From: Actinomycetes bacterium
Lineage (GTDB): Bacteria > Actinomycetota > Thermoleophilia > RBG-16-64-13
Direction: 5' to 3'
DNA length: 64,000 nucleotides
Assembly: GCA_024637095.1 (NCBI GenBank)
Contig: JAGXFV010000048.1
Coordinates: 2,629-66,628, forward strand
How positions within the stretch are numbered: position 1 is the first letter of the stretch; each line of letters begins with the position of its first letter. Made by a program: the position numbers and the translations under genes. Under the pieces are notes generated by a model, which was not told the DNA's origin, ran no database searches, and saw nothing but the letters and a program-made list of their open reading frames with translations. Positions 43,822 to 53,887 of the stretch are shown here, one piece after another.

Positions 43822-45036
43822 GTGGTGAGTGGAAAGGTGAGGGTCGCGATCATTGGTGTGGGCAACTGCGCCTCTTCGTTGGTCCAAGGAGTGGAGTTCT
43901 ACAAGAACGCGGCCGATGATGAATTCGTGCCCGGACTGATGCACGTGAATCTCGGGGGCTATCACATCTCCGATATCGAGTTCTCCGCGGCCTTTGACGT
44001 GGATAGGGAAAAGGTCGGCAAGGATCTCTCCCAGGCGATATTCAGCGGCATGAACAACACGGTGAAGTTCGCGGACGTACCCGAGATGGGCATCAAGGTG
44101 CATCGGGGAATGACGCATGACGGGTTGGGCAAGTACCTTTCGGAGGTGATCACCAAGGCCCCAGGACCCACGGACGACGTGGCCGGGATTTTGCGCGACA
44201 CCAAGACCGACGTGGTGATCAACTATCTGCCCGTGGGCAGCGAGGCTGCCACCAAGTGGTACGTGGAGCAGATTCTGGACGCCGGTTGCGCCCTGGTCAA
44301 CTGCATTCCCGTGTTCATCGGGCGCGAGGAGTACTGGCAGCAGCGCTTCGAGGAAAAGGACCTCCCGCTGATCGGCGACGACATCAAGTCGCAGGTAGGT
44401 GCCACCATCGTGCACCGGGTGCTCACCCGCCTGATGCGTGAGCGCGGGGTGCGGCTCGAGCGGACCAGCCAGCTGAACGTCGGCGGTAACACCGACTTCC
44501 TCAACATGCTGGAGCGCGAGCGGCTGGAGAGCAAGAAGATCTCCAAGACCAACGCGGTCACCTCTCAACTGGACTACGACCTGGGTGCCAAGAACGTCCA
44601 CATCGGCCCGTCGGATTACGTCGAGTGGCTGGACGACCGCAAGTGGGCCTACATCCGCATGGAAGGCCGCACTTTCGGCGACGTGCCCCTCAACGTGGAA
44701 CTCAAGCTGGAAGTGGTGGACTCCCCCAACTCTGCCGGCATCGTCATCGACGCCGTTCGTTGCGCCAAGCTGGCGCTCGACCGCGGTGAGTCGGGCGTGC
44801 TCTACGGCCCCTCCGCCTACTTCAAGAAGTCGCCGCCCATTCAGGTGCACGACGACATCGCCCGAGAGATGACCGAGGCCTTCATCCGCGGCGAAGCGCT
44901 TCCGGGCTATCCTTACGTTTCCGGGAAGGGTGGGGAGTCGGCTGGTTCCGTGGCGGCGAGTGAGGCTCCGATCGCTGCCGAGGAGCAGGCCCATCCGAAC
45001 GGGACCGGAGTGGTCGCCGGCGAGAAACAGGAATAG
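43822..45036 (+). CDS. ino1: Myo-inositol-1-phosphate synthase
   Basis: [61 protein letters not shown]. Confidence 0.96.
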   Translation: MVSGKVRVAIIGVGNCASSLVQGVEFYKNAADDEFVPGLMHVNLGGYHISDIEFSAAFDVDREKVGKDLSQAIFSGMNNTVKFADVPEMGIKVHRGMTHDGLGKYLSEVITKAPGPTDDVAGILRDTKTDVVINYLPVGSEAATKWYVEQILDAGCALVNCIPVFIGREEYWQQRFEEKDLPLIGDDIKSQVGATIVHRVLTRLMRERGVRLERTSQLNVGGNTDFLNMLERERLESKKISKTNAVTSQLDYDLGAKNVHIGPSDYVEWLDDRKWAYIRMEGRTFGDVPLNVELKLEVVDSPNSAGIVIDAVRCAKLALDRGESGVLYGPSAYFKKSPPIQVHDDIAREMTEAFIRGEALPGYPYVSGKGGESAGSVAASEAPIAAEEQAHPNGTGVVAGEKQE

Positions 45037-45083
45037 GTATTCGTGGAGCCGGAGCGGAGGGAAGTCTGCCGCTCTGGTGAGGG

Positions 45084-47123
45084 ATGAGACAAAGGCAGCA
45101 TAGAGTCGCGCTGGTGACGCCCCTGGCCTGGGATGTCCCCAGCGCGATCAACTTTCACGTGGCCGAACTGGCACGGGAGCTTCTGCGGCTGGGCCATCTT
45201 CCGACGGTCATCGTTTCCTCGGACGACCCCGACGAGTTGCGGCGAATGCGGACCCTCTGCCGGCGCCGTTGCCGGGCCGCGCTCAAGCTTCTCCCCGAGT
45301 GGACCGCTTCCGCGGGCCAAGACTCAGAGCCGGAGGGGCCGATGGTCGGGCCCAATCCGGACCCGATGCTCCTGCCCACGCCGCGAACCGGGCCCATCGA
45401 GCCCAGCGAGGGCATTCCGGTACTGCCTCTGGGGCGCAGCTTCCATCTGCGCATCAACGGCTCGGTGGCGAACGTGGGCCTACCGGTGGATCTGCGCTCC
45501 CGGCTCGAGCGCCTGCTGGTCGGCGCAGGGTTTGACGTGGTGCACGCCCACGAGCCGGTCGCCCCCTCACTCAGTTTCACCGCCGTGCGCGAGTCGCGCA
45601 GCCCGGTGATCGCGACATTTCACATGTCGCCGGTGGGCATGGCCGGGCTGGAACTCGAGCACGGGCTGCTTGAACGTTTTTACCGGCGCCTGGACGCCCG
45701 GATCGTCACCTCTGAAGCGGGAGGCCGCGCGCTGGGGGAGCGCTTTTCGGGGGGGTTCGAGGTGATCCCGCCGGGGACGCGCCTCGGGGCCAAAGAGGCG
45801 GCCGGCTCGCCCCTAGTGGAGGAGGGCACCCTGCTCTACGTCTACCGGGGCGATGATCGCCGGGGCCTCAGGGCCTTTCTTCGAGCAATTGCCGACGAAC
45901 GGCCCCCGGGCCTCAATCGGCTGGTGGTAGCGGTGCATCGCCCTTCCGCCCTGGAGTGGCCGCCGCGTTCGGCGCCCCGGGGGCTTGCAGTGCCCGTGAC
46001 CTGGCACGAGTTCGAGGACATGACTGCGCTGGAGCCTCTCTACCGACAGGCGTCGGCTGTCGTCCTGCCTTATCTCGGCGGGGAGTGGCTGCAGCAGACC
46101 GGTCTGGAGGCGATCGCCACGGGGTGCGCGGTCGCTGCCCCCGACTTCCCACTATCCGCAGACATCCTGGAAGAAGCCCATGGACGGCTCTTCAGCCCTC
46201 GCAGCGAGCGGAGTCTCGCCCGGGCGCTGGCCGCGCTGCTCCCGCCCGAGCCCGCGGAGGGCGATGCCGCCTCGGCAGGGTCGAAGCCCGGCGCTTCGCC
46301 CACTGCGCATTCGCTCGAGGCCGTCACCCACAGAATTCTGAAGCTCTACGAGAAGACGCTTGATCGGGGTAAAGAGGAGGGCGAAGGCCGCGCTTATCCC
46401 ATCAAGACGGTCAAGTTCAGCCGCGCCGGAGTGCGCGACGACGGTCTGATCTACGCCGACCTGCACATCCACACCAACCATTCCAAAGACTCCACCAGCT
46501 CGGTCGCCGAGGTGCTCGAGGCGGCTTTCGAGGTGGGTCTCGGGGCTGTGGCCATAGCCGATCACGACACCATCGCCGGAGGGCTGGAGGCACGGGAGCT
46601 GGCCGGAGAGGACCTCGACGTCATCGTCGCCTCGGAGATCAAGACGTCGGTCGGGGAGGTAATCGGACTGTTTCTCGAGGAGGAGGTGCCCGGTGGGCTT
46701 TCCTTCGAGGAGACGCTAGGCCTGATCAAGGAGCAGGGGGGCCTGGTCTACATCCCCCATCCTTTCGACGGGCTCCGTTCCACCCCGTCTTACGAATCCA
46801 TGGTCGACAACCTCTATCGGATAGACGTCGTCGAGACCTACAACGCGCGGGTGGCGCTCTCCTCGTTCAACCTGAATGCCGAACGCTTCGCCAGCAAGTA
46901 CAACCTGGTGGCCGGAGCCGGCAGCGACGCCCACGTGCTTCCCGGGATCGGTACCGCGATGCTGAGAATGAGACCGTTCAGCGGCCCCGAGGAGTTCATG
47001 ACCGCACTGCGCGAGGCCGATATCGTCACCCACCGCAAGAACCTGCTCTACCTGCAATCACTGAAGTTTTTGCAGACCACCCTGGACCACGTCCTCCCCA
47101 CCGGGGCGGACACCGGACGGTGA
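45084..47123 (+). CDS. PimA-like GT4 glycosyltransferase fused to C-terminal PHP phosphoesterase
   Basis: HEPVAPS, ATFH, GGEW...LEA; PHP motifs DLHIHT, AIADHD, IPHP, GSDAH. Confidence 0.82.
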   Translation: MRQRQHRVALVTPLAWDVPSAINFHVAELARELLRLGHLPTVIVSSDDPDELRRMRTLCRRRCRAALKLLPEWTASAGQDSEPEGPMVGPNPDPMLLPTPRTGPIEPSEGIPVLPLGRSFHLRINGSVANVGLPVDLRSRLERLLVGAGFDVVHAHEPVAPSLSFTAVRESRSPVIATFHMSPVGMAGLELEHGLLERFYRRLDARIVTSEAGGRALGERFSGGFEVIPPGTRLGAKEAAGSPLVEEGTLLYVYRGDDRRGLRAFLRAIADERPPGLNRLVVAVHRPSALEWPPRSAPRGLAVPVTWHEFEDMTALEPLYRQASAVVLPYLGGEWLQQTGLEAIATGCAVAAPDFPLSADILEEAHGRLFSPRSERSLARALAALLPPEPAEGDAASAGSKPGASPTAHSLEAVTHRILKLYEKTLDRGKEEGEGRAYPIKTVKFSRAGVRDDGLIYADLHIHTNHSKDSTSSVAEVLEAAFEVGLGAVAIADHDTIAGGLEARELAGEDLDVIVASEIKTSVGEVIGLFLEEEVPGGLSFEETLGLIKEQGGLVYIPHPFDGLRSTPSYESMVDNLYRIDVVETYNARVALSSFNLNAERFASKYNLVAGAGSDAHVLPGIGTAMLRMRPFSGPEEFMTALREADIVTHRKNLLYLQSLKFLQTTLDHVLPTGADTGR

Positions 47124-47220
47124 AGGATTACCCGGCATCACCGCCAATATGTCACGTGCCCGCGCCCCACTGACCAGACTTCGGGATGGATGTGAGCAGC
47201 ATCAGAGACAGAAGAGCAGA

Positions 47221-47862
47221 ATGACCGGCAAACCTGGCGAGCAGCGCAAGCAGGCGCCCACACCCGAGCCCGCCGATCTTCGCAGCAGACTGGAAGAGCG
47301 GGCGATCGCGGAGAGCAACGAACTCAACCGCCGCATCGTGCACTGCCGCTCGTGCCGCCGCAGCGAGTACCTGCCCACCGTGGGCTCTGGGCATCCGCTG
47401 GCGGACATCGTCATGATCAAGTACCGCCCCCGCTACCTCGAGGTCAGCGAGGGAGTCTCCTTCTTCGGCCGGGCGGGAAGCGCCGTGCTCAAGAGTGCTG
47501 AACGCCTGGGCATCGATCCCCTGCTTCTCTACGGCACCAATGTGATCAAGTGCGGGGGGCTCGAGGAGGTTGACGGCGAGCGCGAGTGCGCCACGTTCTT
47601 GCTCGAGGAGTTGCGCATCGTGCAGCCGAAGATGATCGTGGTCATGGGGCGTCAGGTGCTGGAGGTATTGAACGCCAACCGGGTGGCCGGCACCCGGGAG
47701 TTGAGCTGGGATCCGGGCGTAATACAGGAGTACAGCCCTTTCTGTCAGGCGCTTGTCACTCCCGACGTGGACACTTCTCTCGACGATGCCGACGCGAAGG
47801 CCGAGTTCTGGAAGGCCTTCCGCGTGCTGGGCGACTGGCATCGGGACCAGCCACCCTACTGA
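47221..47862 (+). CDS. Uracil-DNA-glycosylase family-4-like fold protein, atypical active site
   Basis: CxxC, FFGRAG, TNVIKC...C, QPKMIVVMG; the GEAPG and HPS motifs are replaced. Confidence 0.55.
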   Translation: MTGKPGEQRKQAPTPEPADLRSRLEERAIAESNELNRRIVHCRSCRRSEYLPTVGSGHPLADIVMIKYRPRYLEVSEGVSFFGRAGSAVLKSAERLGIDPLLLYGTNVIKCGGLEEVDGERECATFLLEELRIVQPKMIVVMGRQVLEVLNANRVAGTRELSWDPGVIQEYSPFCQALVTPDVDTSLDDADAKAEFWKAFRVLGDWHRDQPPY

Positions 47863-47898
47863 TCACCTCTACGGCTCGGCTTTCCGCGTGGCGATAGG

Positions 47899-48636
47899 GT
47901 GAAGCAGGGAGTAGGCGGGCTGGGATCGCCGCCTGTGATCGGCGCCGCGGCCCTGACGCTGGTGGCCACGTATCCTCTCTCTGCCTGGTTTCCCGAACCG
48001 ACCGACGCCCGCTTGGCTGCGCTGCTCGGTTTCCTTTTCGCGCTGGTTCCCGCGGCGCTGTTCATGGCCGGCATCTTGCTGGCCCCGCTCCCGCCCCGCT
48101 CCCTGGGCCTGATCGTCGTCATTGGTCTCGCGTTGGGATTCCTGGCCGCGTACTTAGAGGTGCCTGCCCTTGCCGCGCCCCTCAAGATCGTGGCGGCTGC
48201 AGCGGCCGGCCGCCTCCTGGGCGTGCACGTGCCCGGGCCCCGCTGGCTCGCTTTCATGGCGGCACTCGTGCTGCTGATCGATGCCTGGAGTGTGTTCTTC
48301 GGCCCGACCAAAGCCATCGTCGAAGCCACTCCATCCCTGCTGGAATACCTGCTGGTGGTTTTTCCCTCTGTAGGCGGAGGAGTCGGGGCCGCGCTCGGGG
48401 TCACCGATTTCGTGTTTCTGGCATTCTTCACGGTGGGCTCGGCGATTACCGGTCTTCGCCATCGCTTGGGCTTCGTGTCGATGGCCGCGAGCTTCGCTGC
48501 GTCGCTGGGACTGGCCACGGGACTGGACCGGGGTCTCCCCGCCCTGCCGTTATTGGGCTTGGCCTTCCTGTTGGCGAACGCAGACCTGCTGGCTTCGCGC
48601 CGCGACACCCGGCGGAAACCGCCCACGGCGCCTTAG
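47899..48636 (+). CDS. Polytopic membrane protein with presenilin/SPP-like motifs
   Basis: LIDAWSVFFGPT, LGVTDFVF and GLPALP in A22-family order. Confidence 0.55.
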   Translation: MKQGVGGLGSPPVIGAAALTLVATYPLSAWFPEPTDARLAALLGFLFALVPAALFMAGILLAPLPPRSLGLIVVIGLALGFLAAYLEVPALAAPLKIVAAAAAGRLLGVHVPGPRWLAFMAALVLLIDAWSVFFGPTKAIVEATPSLLEYLLVVFPSVGGGVGAALGVTDFVFLAFFTVGSAITGLRHRLGFVSMAASFAASLGLATGLDRGLPALPLLGLAFLLANADLLASRRDTRRKPPTAP

Positions 48637-50015
48637 GCGGTAGGCTCCAACAGGCCTACCGCCTCGATGTGCGGCGTATGGGGAAACATGTCCACCGGAG
48701 TGACGCGAACCAGCCGATAGCCGTGCTCGGCGAAGTCCTTTAAATTGTCGGCCATCGTTGCGGGATTGCAGGAGACGTAGACGATCCGGGCCGGGCGGGC
48801 CGCCGCGGCCCTCATGATTACCTTCTTGGCGAGTCCCCCGCGGGGTGGGTCGAGCACCACGACGTCCGGGTTTTCCAGTCCGGGAGGGAGGGACGCCCTC
48901 CCCTCCAAAACCTCTTTGAGCACCACGCGCGCATTGCCCTCGAGGAAGGTGGCGTTGCCGATTCCGTTCAGACGGGCATTGTCCCGCGCGTCCTCGACCG
49001 CGGGGGCCACCACCTCGATGCCAAGCACGGCGCGGGCCCGGCAGGCCAGGTAGAGAGCGATCGAGCCGATCCCCGAGTAGAGATCCCACACCACTTCATC
49101 GCCGGTCAGACCCGCCTCCTCGCCCGCCCGAGCGTACAGTTTCTCGGCCATCTCGGTGTTCGTCTGAAAGAAGGCGTCGATAGAAACCTTGAAGCGCAGC
49201 CCGCCCAGCTCCTCGAAGAGAAAGGGGCGGCCGTGGAGTACACGGTAGGGGAGGGCGGTCGCCACCTCGGCCTGACCGTCGTTCTGAGCATGGAGGATGC
49301 CGACTATCTGGGGAAACTCGGGCAGAAGGGCCTCAGGAAGACCCGGCGGCAGCCCGCCGGGAGCGGTCGCCAGGCTTAGCAGCAACTCGTTGGTGCGGCG
49401 TCCCTCCCTCACGGTCAGTTGGCGGAAGTATCCGGTCTGCGAGCGGGGATCCCACCCCGGCCGCCCACTCTTTCTTATCCACTGCTCTACACGCGTTCGC
49501 ACGGCCTCCGTTGCGCGCGAGACCAGGTGGCATTCGCTCATGGGGAGAACCTGGTCCCATCTCCCCGGGGGATGAAAGCCCACGAGCGGGCCCTCAGGAC
49601 TCGGGCCGATGGAGAACTCCACCTTGTTGCGGTAGCGCCATGGTTCCTCCATGCCGATGACGGGCCGCACCTCGAAGTCGGTCAGGCCGCCCAAACGCTC
49701 GAGCGACTCCCGCACCTGCCTCTCCTTGTACTTCAGCTGCGTCGGATAGGCTAGGCTCTGCCAGCGGCAGCCGCCGCAGGACCCGTAGTGGCGGCACCCC
49801 GCGTCTATGCGGTCCGCCGAAGGCCGGAGGATGGATTCCAGGCGCGCCTCGGCATAGCGGCGCTTCACTTTGGTGACGACGGCACGCACCCGGTCGCCGG
49901 GGACGGCGCCGGCGACGAAGACCACGAAACCGTCCAGGCGGCTTACCCCCTGTCCGCCGAACGCCAGGTTGTCGATTTCCAGCTCGATTTGGGTGCCGCG
50001 ACGCGGGCGTTCCAC
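48633..50015 (-). CDS. rlmD: 23S rRNA m5U1939 methyltransferase with TRAM domain
   Basis: TRAM (NLAFGGQGV), C..Y..CGGC, FFQTN, DLYSGIG, DPPRGG, YVSCNP, DMFPHT.H.E. Confidence 0.92.
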   Translation of the reverse strand: MERPRRGTQIELEIDNLAFGGQGVSRLDGFVVFVAGAVPGDRVRAVVTKVKRRYAEARLESILRPSADRIDAGCRHYGSCGGCRWQSLAYPTQLKYKERQVRESLERLGGLTDFEVRPVIGMEEPWRYRNKVEFSIGPSPEGPLVGFHPPGRWDQVLPMSECHLVSRATEAVRTRVEQWIRKSGRPGWDPRSQTGYFRQLTVREGRRTNELLLSLATAPGGLPPGLPEALLPEFPQIVGILHAQNDGQAEVATALPYRVLHGRPFLFEELGGLRFKVSIDAFFQTNTEMAEKLYARAGEEAGLTGDEVVWDLYSGIGSIALYLACRARAVLGIEVVAPAVEDARDNARLNGIGNATFLEGNARVVLKEVLEGRASLPPGLENPDVVVLDPPRGGLAKKVIMRAAAARPARIVYVSCNPATMADNLKDFAEHGYRLVRVTPVDMFPHTPHIEAVGLLEPTA

Positions 50016-50077
50016 CGGTTCTCCTCGCCTTGGACTACTTCCTTCTGCCCCTGAGCAGCGTGCTACTATACGCCGCC

Positions 50078-51109
50078 TTGCCCGCCTTCAGACGACATCT
50101 GCCCGAGTTCCTGCTGATCGGCGTGACCATGGTCTGGGGCGCGACCTTCGTCTTGGTGAAGGACGCCGTGGCCGTCTACCCCACCCTGCCCTTCCTGGCC
50201 ATCCGCTTCAGCCTGGCCGCGTTCTTGATGGCGGCGCTGATCCCTCTGGTCCGCCGCTTCCCCTTGCGTTCGGCGCGCGCCACGGAGCCGGCGTCCTTCG
50301 GCGCAGCCTTGCCCCCGGCGCTGGCCGAAGAATTGGAGGCCGAGGCTCGGCCGAGGAGCCGTCGGGGCCTGCTATTCGCCGGAACCTTGATGGGCATCTT
50401 TCTGTCGGCGAGCTATGTGTTCCAGACGCTGGGGCTCGAAGTGACCACCGCCTCCAATGCAGGCTTCATCACCGGGATGTTCGTGGTGCTGGTGCCCCTG
50501 CTCGAGTTGTTGTTGTGGCGGCGTTGGGTCGGAGGGCGGGCGCTGATCGGCGCCGGCATCGCCTTCGGCGGTCTGGTGCTTCTCTCCGGAGGCGCAGGTG
50601 GCGGCGAGGTGGGCGGCGACCTGCTCGTCTTTCTCTGCGCCCTGGGTTTCGCCGCCCACATCCTGGCGACGGCCCGCTACGCCGCCAACCACGACCCTCT
50701 GACTCTGAACGCCCTGCAGTTGGGCATGGTCGCCCTGGTGACCACGGCGCTCACTCTCGGAGCCAGGGGCACGGGCTCCCTGACCGACTTGGGCTGGCCA
50801 CGGGAAGGCCAGGTCTGGTGGGCCCTCGGCATCACGGCGGTGTTCGCCTCGACCTTGGCTTTTTTGATCCAGACCTTCGCCCAACGCTACGCACCGCCGA
50901 CTCGTACCGCCCTGATCCTTACTCTCGAGCCGGTCTTTGCCGGAGCGTTCGGCTTCGCGCTCGCCGGTGAGCGTCTGAGCCTGGCCGGGTGGGCAGGGGC
51001 CATTTTGATCATGACCGGAATTCTGCTCGCCGAATTCCGCCGTGAGGGCGGCAGAAAGAAGAAGGCCCGAGACACGGGTCCCGGGCCTTTGCCCATCCGC
51101 GGCCCTTAG
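50078..51109 (+). CDS. DMT/EamA family transporter
   Basis: [28 protein letters not shown]...[17 protein letters not shown]; start uncertain (TTG 50030 or TTG 50078 just after a TGcTACTAT box). Confidence 0.85.
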   Translation: MPAFRRHLPEFLLIGVTMVWGATFVLVKDAVAVYPTLPFLAIRFSLAAFLMAALIPLVRRFPLRSARATEPASFGAALPPALAEELEAEARPRSRRGLLFAGTLMGIFLSASYVFQTLGLEVTTASNAGFITGMFVVLVPLLELLLWRRWVGGRALIGAGIAFGGLVLLSGGAGGGEVGGDLLVFLCALGFAAHILATARYAANHDPLTLNALQLGMVALVTTALTLGARGTGSLTDLGWPREGQVWWALGITAVFASTLAFLIQTFAQRYAPPTRTALILTLEPVFAGAFGFALAGERLSLAGWAGAILIMTGILLAEFRREGGRKKKARDTGPGPLPIRGP

Positions 51110-53709
51110 ACCGGCGAGGGGCCGGCCGCCTGCTCGGCGGCCCGGAAGGTAAGGCCCTCCGGGCTGGAATCGACCACCACCCGTGACCCCTCGCGGAACT
51201 CGCCTTTAAGCAATCCCAGGGCCACCTGGTCTTGGATCTCCTTCTGGATCAGACGCTTGAGCGGCCGTGCTCCGTAGGCAGGGTCGTAACCCTGGGCGGC
51301 CAGGTAGGCTCGCGCGCCCTCGGTCAGTTCGAGTGCGATGTCGCGCTCCGCCAGACGGCGGCGCAGCAATTCCAGCTGGATCTCGACTATCTGCTTGATC
51401 TCTTGTCGGTTCAATCGGTGGAAGAGCACGATCTCGTCCACCCGGTTGAGGAACTCCGGCTTGAACTCCACCCGCATCACGTCCATCACCCGGTCGTGCA
51501 TCTGCTGATCGGTGAGATCGGGGTCGAGGATGTAGTGGCTGCCCAGGTTCGAGGTCATGATGATTACGGCGTTCTTGAAGTCCACGGTGCGTCCCTGCCC
51601 GTCGGTAAGACGACCGTCGTCCAGGATCTGGAGCAGCACGTTGAAGACGTCGTTGTGCGCCTTCTCGATCTCGTCCAAGAGCAGCACGCTGTAGGGGCGG
51701 CGGCGAACCGCTTCGGTCAGGTAGCCGCCCTCCTCGTAGCCGACGTAGCCGGGAGGGGCGCCGATAAGCCGGGCCACCGAGTGCTTCTCCATGAACTCGC
51801 TCATGTCTATGCGGATCATGGCCCGCTCGTCGTCGAAGAGATACTCAGCGAGCGCCCGGGCGAGCTCGGTCTTGCCCACGCCGGTGGGGCCGAGGAAGAT
51901 GAAGCTGCCGATCGGGCGGTTTGGGTCCTGCAGTCCGGCACGGGCCCGGCGGATGGCGTTGGATACTGCCTCCACCGCTTCTTCCTGGCCGATTAGGCGT
52001 CGGTGCAGGCGGTCCTCCATGTGCACCAGCTTCTCGACCTCGCTCTCGAGCAGCCGGCTCACCGGGATGCCGGTCCACTTGCCCACGACCTCCGCGATGT
52101 CTTCGTCGTCGACTTCTTCCTTGAGCATGCGTTGTTCGCGTTGCAGGTCCTCGAGGCGCTCGTTTTGCGTCGCCAGTTCCCTTTCCAGCTCGGGAATGCG
52201 GCCGTATCGCAGTTCGGCCGCCCGTTCGAGATCGGTTTCCCGCTCGGCACGCTCTGCTTCCGCGCGGGTTTGCTCGATCTCCTCTTTGAGCCCGCGGATC
52301 TCCTGGATGGACTCCTTCTCGGCCTGCCAGTGGGCCTTCATGGCGTCGGCCTTCTCCCGCAGCTCGGCAAGCTCCGCCTCGATGGCTTCCCGCCGGTCCA
52401 CCGAGGCCGGGTCGGTCTCCTTCTTCAGCGCCTGCCGTTCGATCTCCAGCTGTTTCATGCGCCGTTCGACCTCGTCGATCTCCGTGGGCATGGAATCGAT
52501 CTCGATGCGGAGGCGGCTGGCGGCCTCATCGACCAGGTCGATGGCCTTGTCGGGCAGAAAGCGGTCGGTGATATAGCGGTCGGAAAGTACCGCGGCCGCC
52601 AGCAGGGCAGCGTCTTGGATGCGCACGCCGTGATGCACCTCGTAGCGCTCCTTCAGCCCGCGCAGAATGGCGACCGTATCTTGAACCGAAGGCTCTCCCA
52701 CTACCACCGGCTGGAAGCGCCGCTCCAGCGCAGCGTCCTTCTCCACGTGCTTGCGGTACTCATCGAGCGTGGTGGCGCCCACCATGCGCAACTCGCCCCG
52801 GGCCAGCATGGGCTTAAGCATGTTGGAGGCGTCCATGGCGCCTTCGGCCGCGCCGGCGCCGATAACCGTGTGCATCTCGTCGATGAAGGTGATGACCTGC
52901 CCATCGGAGTCGGCGATCTCTTTGAGTACGGCCTTCAGCCGCTCTTCGAACTCGCCGCGGTACTTTGCCCCTGCGACCATCGCGCCCATGTCCAGGGCGA
53001 TCAGCCGCTTGTCCTTGAGCCCCTCGGGCACGTCGCCGGAAACAATCCTCTGGGCCAAGCCTTCAACTATGGCGGTCTTGCCCACCCCTGGTTCGCCGAT
53101 CAGGACGGGATTGTTCTTGGTCCTGCGGCTGAGAACCTGGATCACGCGCCGGATCTCGTCGTCCCGGCCGATCACGGGGTCCAATCGGCCCCGGCGGGCC
53201 TGTTCGGTCAGATCACGGCCAAACCGCTCGAGAGACTGGTACTTGTCTTCGGCATTGGGGTCTTCGGCGCGGTGGCTGCCGCGCAGGTCGCGCAGCACCT
53301 GACTGATGGCATCCTTGGTTACGCCGTGATCGCGCAGGACGCTTCCCGTCCAATCGTTCTCATCGGTCAAGGCCATGAGCACGTGCTCGCTCGAGACGTA
53401 TGCGTCTCCCATGCCCTGTGCGTCTGCCTGCGCCCGGTCGAGTGCCTGCCGAAGCCTCGTGCTGAAGGAAGGTTGGGCGCCGCCGGAAACGTGGGAGAGG
53501 CGTTCCAATTGTTGGGCGGCTTGAGCCCGTAGACCGGCATGGTTGACTCCGATCCGCTCCAAGATTGGGACGGTGAGGCCGCCTTCCTGGTCGAGCAGTG
53601 CTGCCAGCAGGTGCTCGGTCTCTATCTGCGGATTCGCAGCACTCTGCGCCAGTTGCTGCGCGCGGCCCAGTGCCTCCTGGGCCTTCACGGTGAATTTCTC
53701 CAACTGCAT
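51106..53709 (-). CDS. clpB: ATP-dependent chaperone ClpB
   Basis: Clp-N repeats, GEPGVGKT, long coiled-coil M domain, GPTGVGKT; start MQLEKFT. Confidence 0.97.
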   Translation of the reverse strand: MQLEKFTVKAQEALGRAQQLAQSAANPQIETEHLLAALLDQEGGLTVPILERIGVNHAGLRAQAAQQLERLSHVSGGAQPSFSTRLRQALDRAQADAQGMGDAYVSSEHVLMALTDENDWTGSVLRDHGVTKDAISQVLRDLRGSHRAEDPNAEDKYQSLERFGRDLTEQARRGRLDPVIGRDDEIRRVIQVLSRRTKNNPVLIGEPGVGKTAIVEGLAQRIVSGDVPEGLKDKRLIALDMGAMVAGAKYRGEFEERLKAVLKEIADSDGQVITFIDEMHTVIGAGAAEGAMDASNMLKPMLARGELRMVGATTLDEYRKHVEKDAALERRFQPVVVGEPSVQDTVAILRGLKERYEVHHGVRIQDAALLAAAVLSDRYITDRFLPDKAIDLVDEAASRLRIEIDSMPTEIDEVERRMKQLEIERQALKKETDPASVDRREAIEAELAELREKADAMKAHWQAEKESIQEIRGLKEEIEQTRAEAERAERETDLERAAELRYGRIPELERELATQNERLEDLQREQRMLKEEVDDEDIAEVVGKWTGIPVSRLLESEVEKLVHMEDRLHRRLIGQEEAVEAVSNAIRRARAGLQDPNRPIGSFIFLGPTGVGKTELARALAEYLFDDERAMIRIDMSEFMEKHSVARLIGAPPGYVGYEEGGYLTEAVRRRPYSVLLLDEIEKAHNDVFNVLLQILDDGRLTDGQGRTVDFKNAVIIMTSNLGSHYILDPDLTDQQMHDRVMDVMRVEFKPEFLNRVDEIVLFHRLNRQEIKQIVEIQLELLRRRLAERDIALELTEGARAYLAAQGYDPAYGARPLKRLIQKEIQDQVALGLLKGEFREGSRVVVDSSPEGLTFRAAEQAAGPSPV

Positions 53710-53766
53710 CTCTCGCTCCCGACTGAAGGGCCTGCCCAAATATCGCTCTTGTGGCTTGTCAATAAA

Positions 53767-53795
53767 GTTTATAGCAGTGGACTCAGATATACAAA
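53767..53795 (-). promoter_or_regulatory. clpB promoter with HAIR-like (HspR) site
   Basis: Plus strand GTTTATA-N7-ACTCAGA (53767-87), similar to the dnaK boxes; minus strand TTGTAT-N17-TAAACT. Confidence 0.55.
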
Positions 53796-53887
53796 TGGAA
53801 GCTGGCCCATGTGACCCTCGCGGACAGCCGGGTTGCGGGAAGTGCCCCGGGTTTCCAAGACGCCCGGAGACCTTGCAGGGGCCGACT

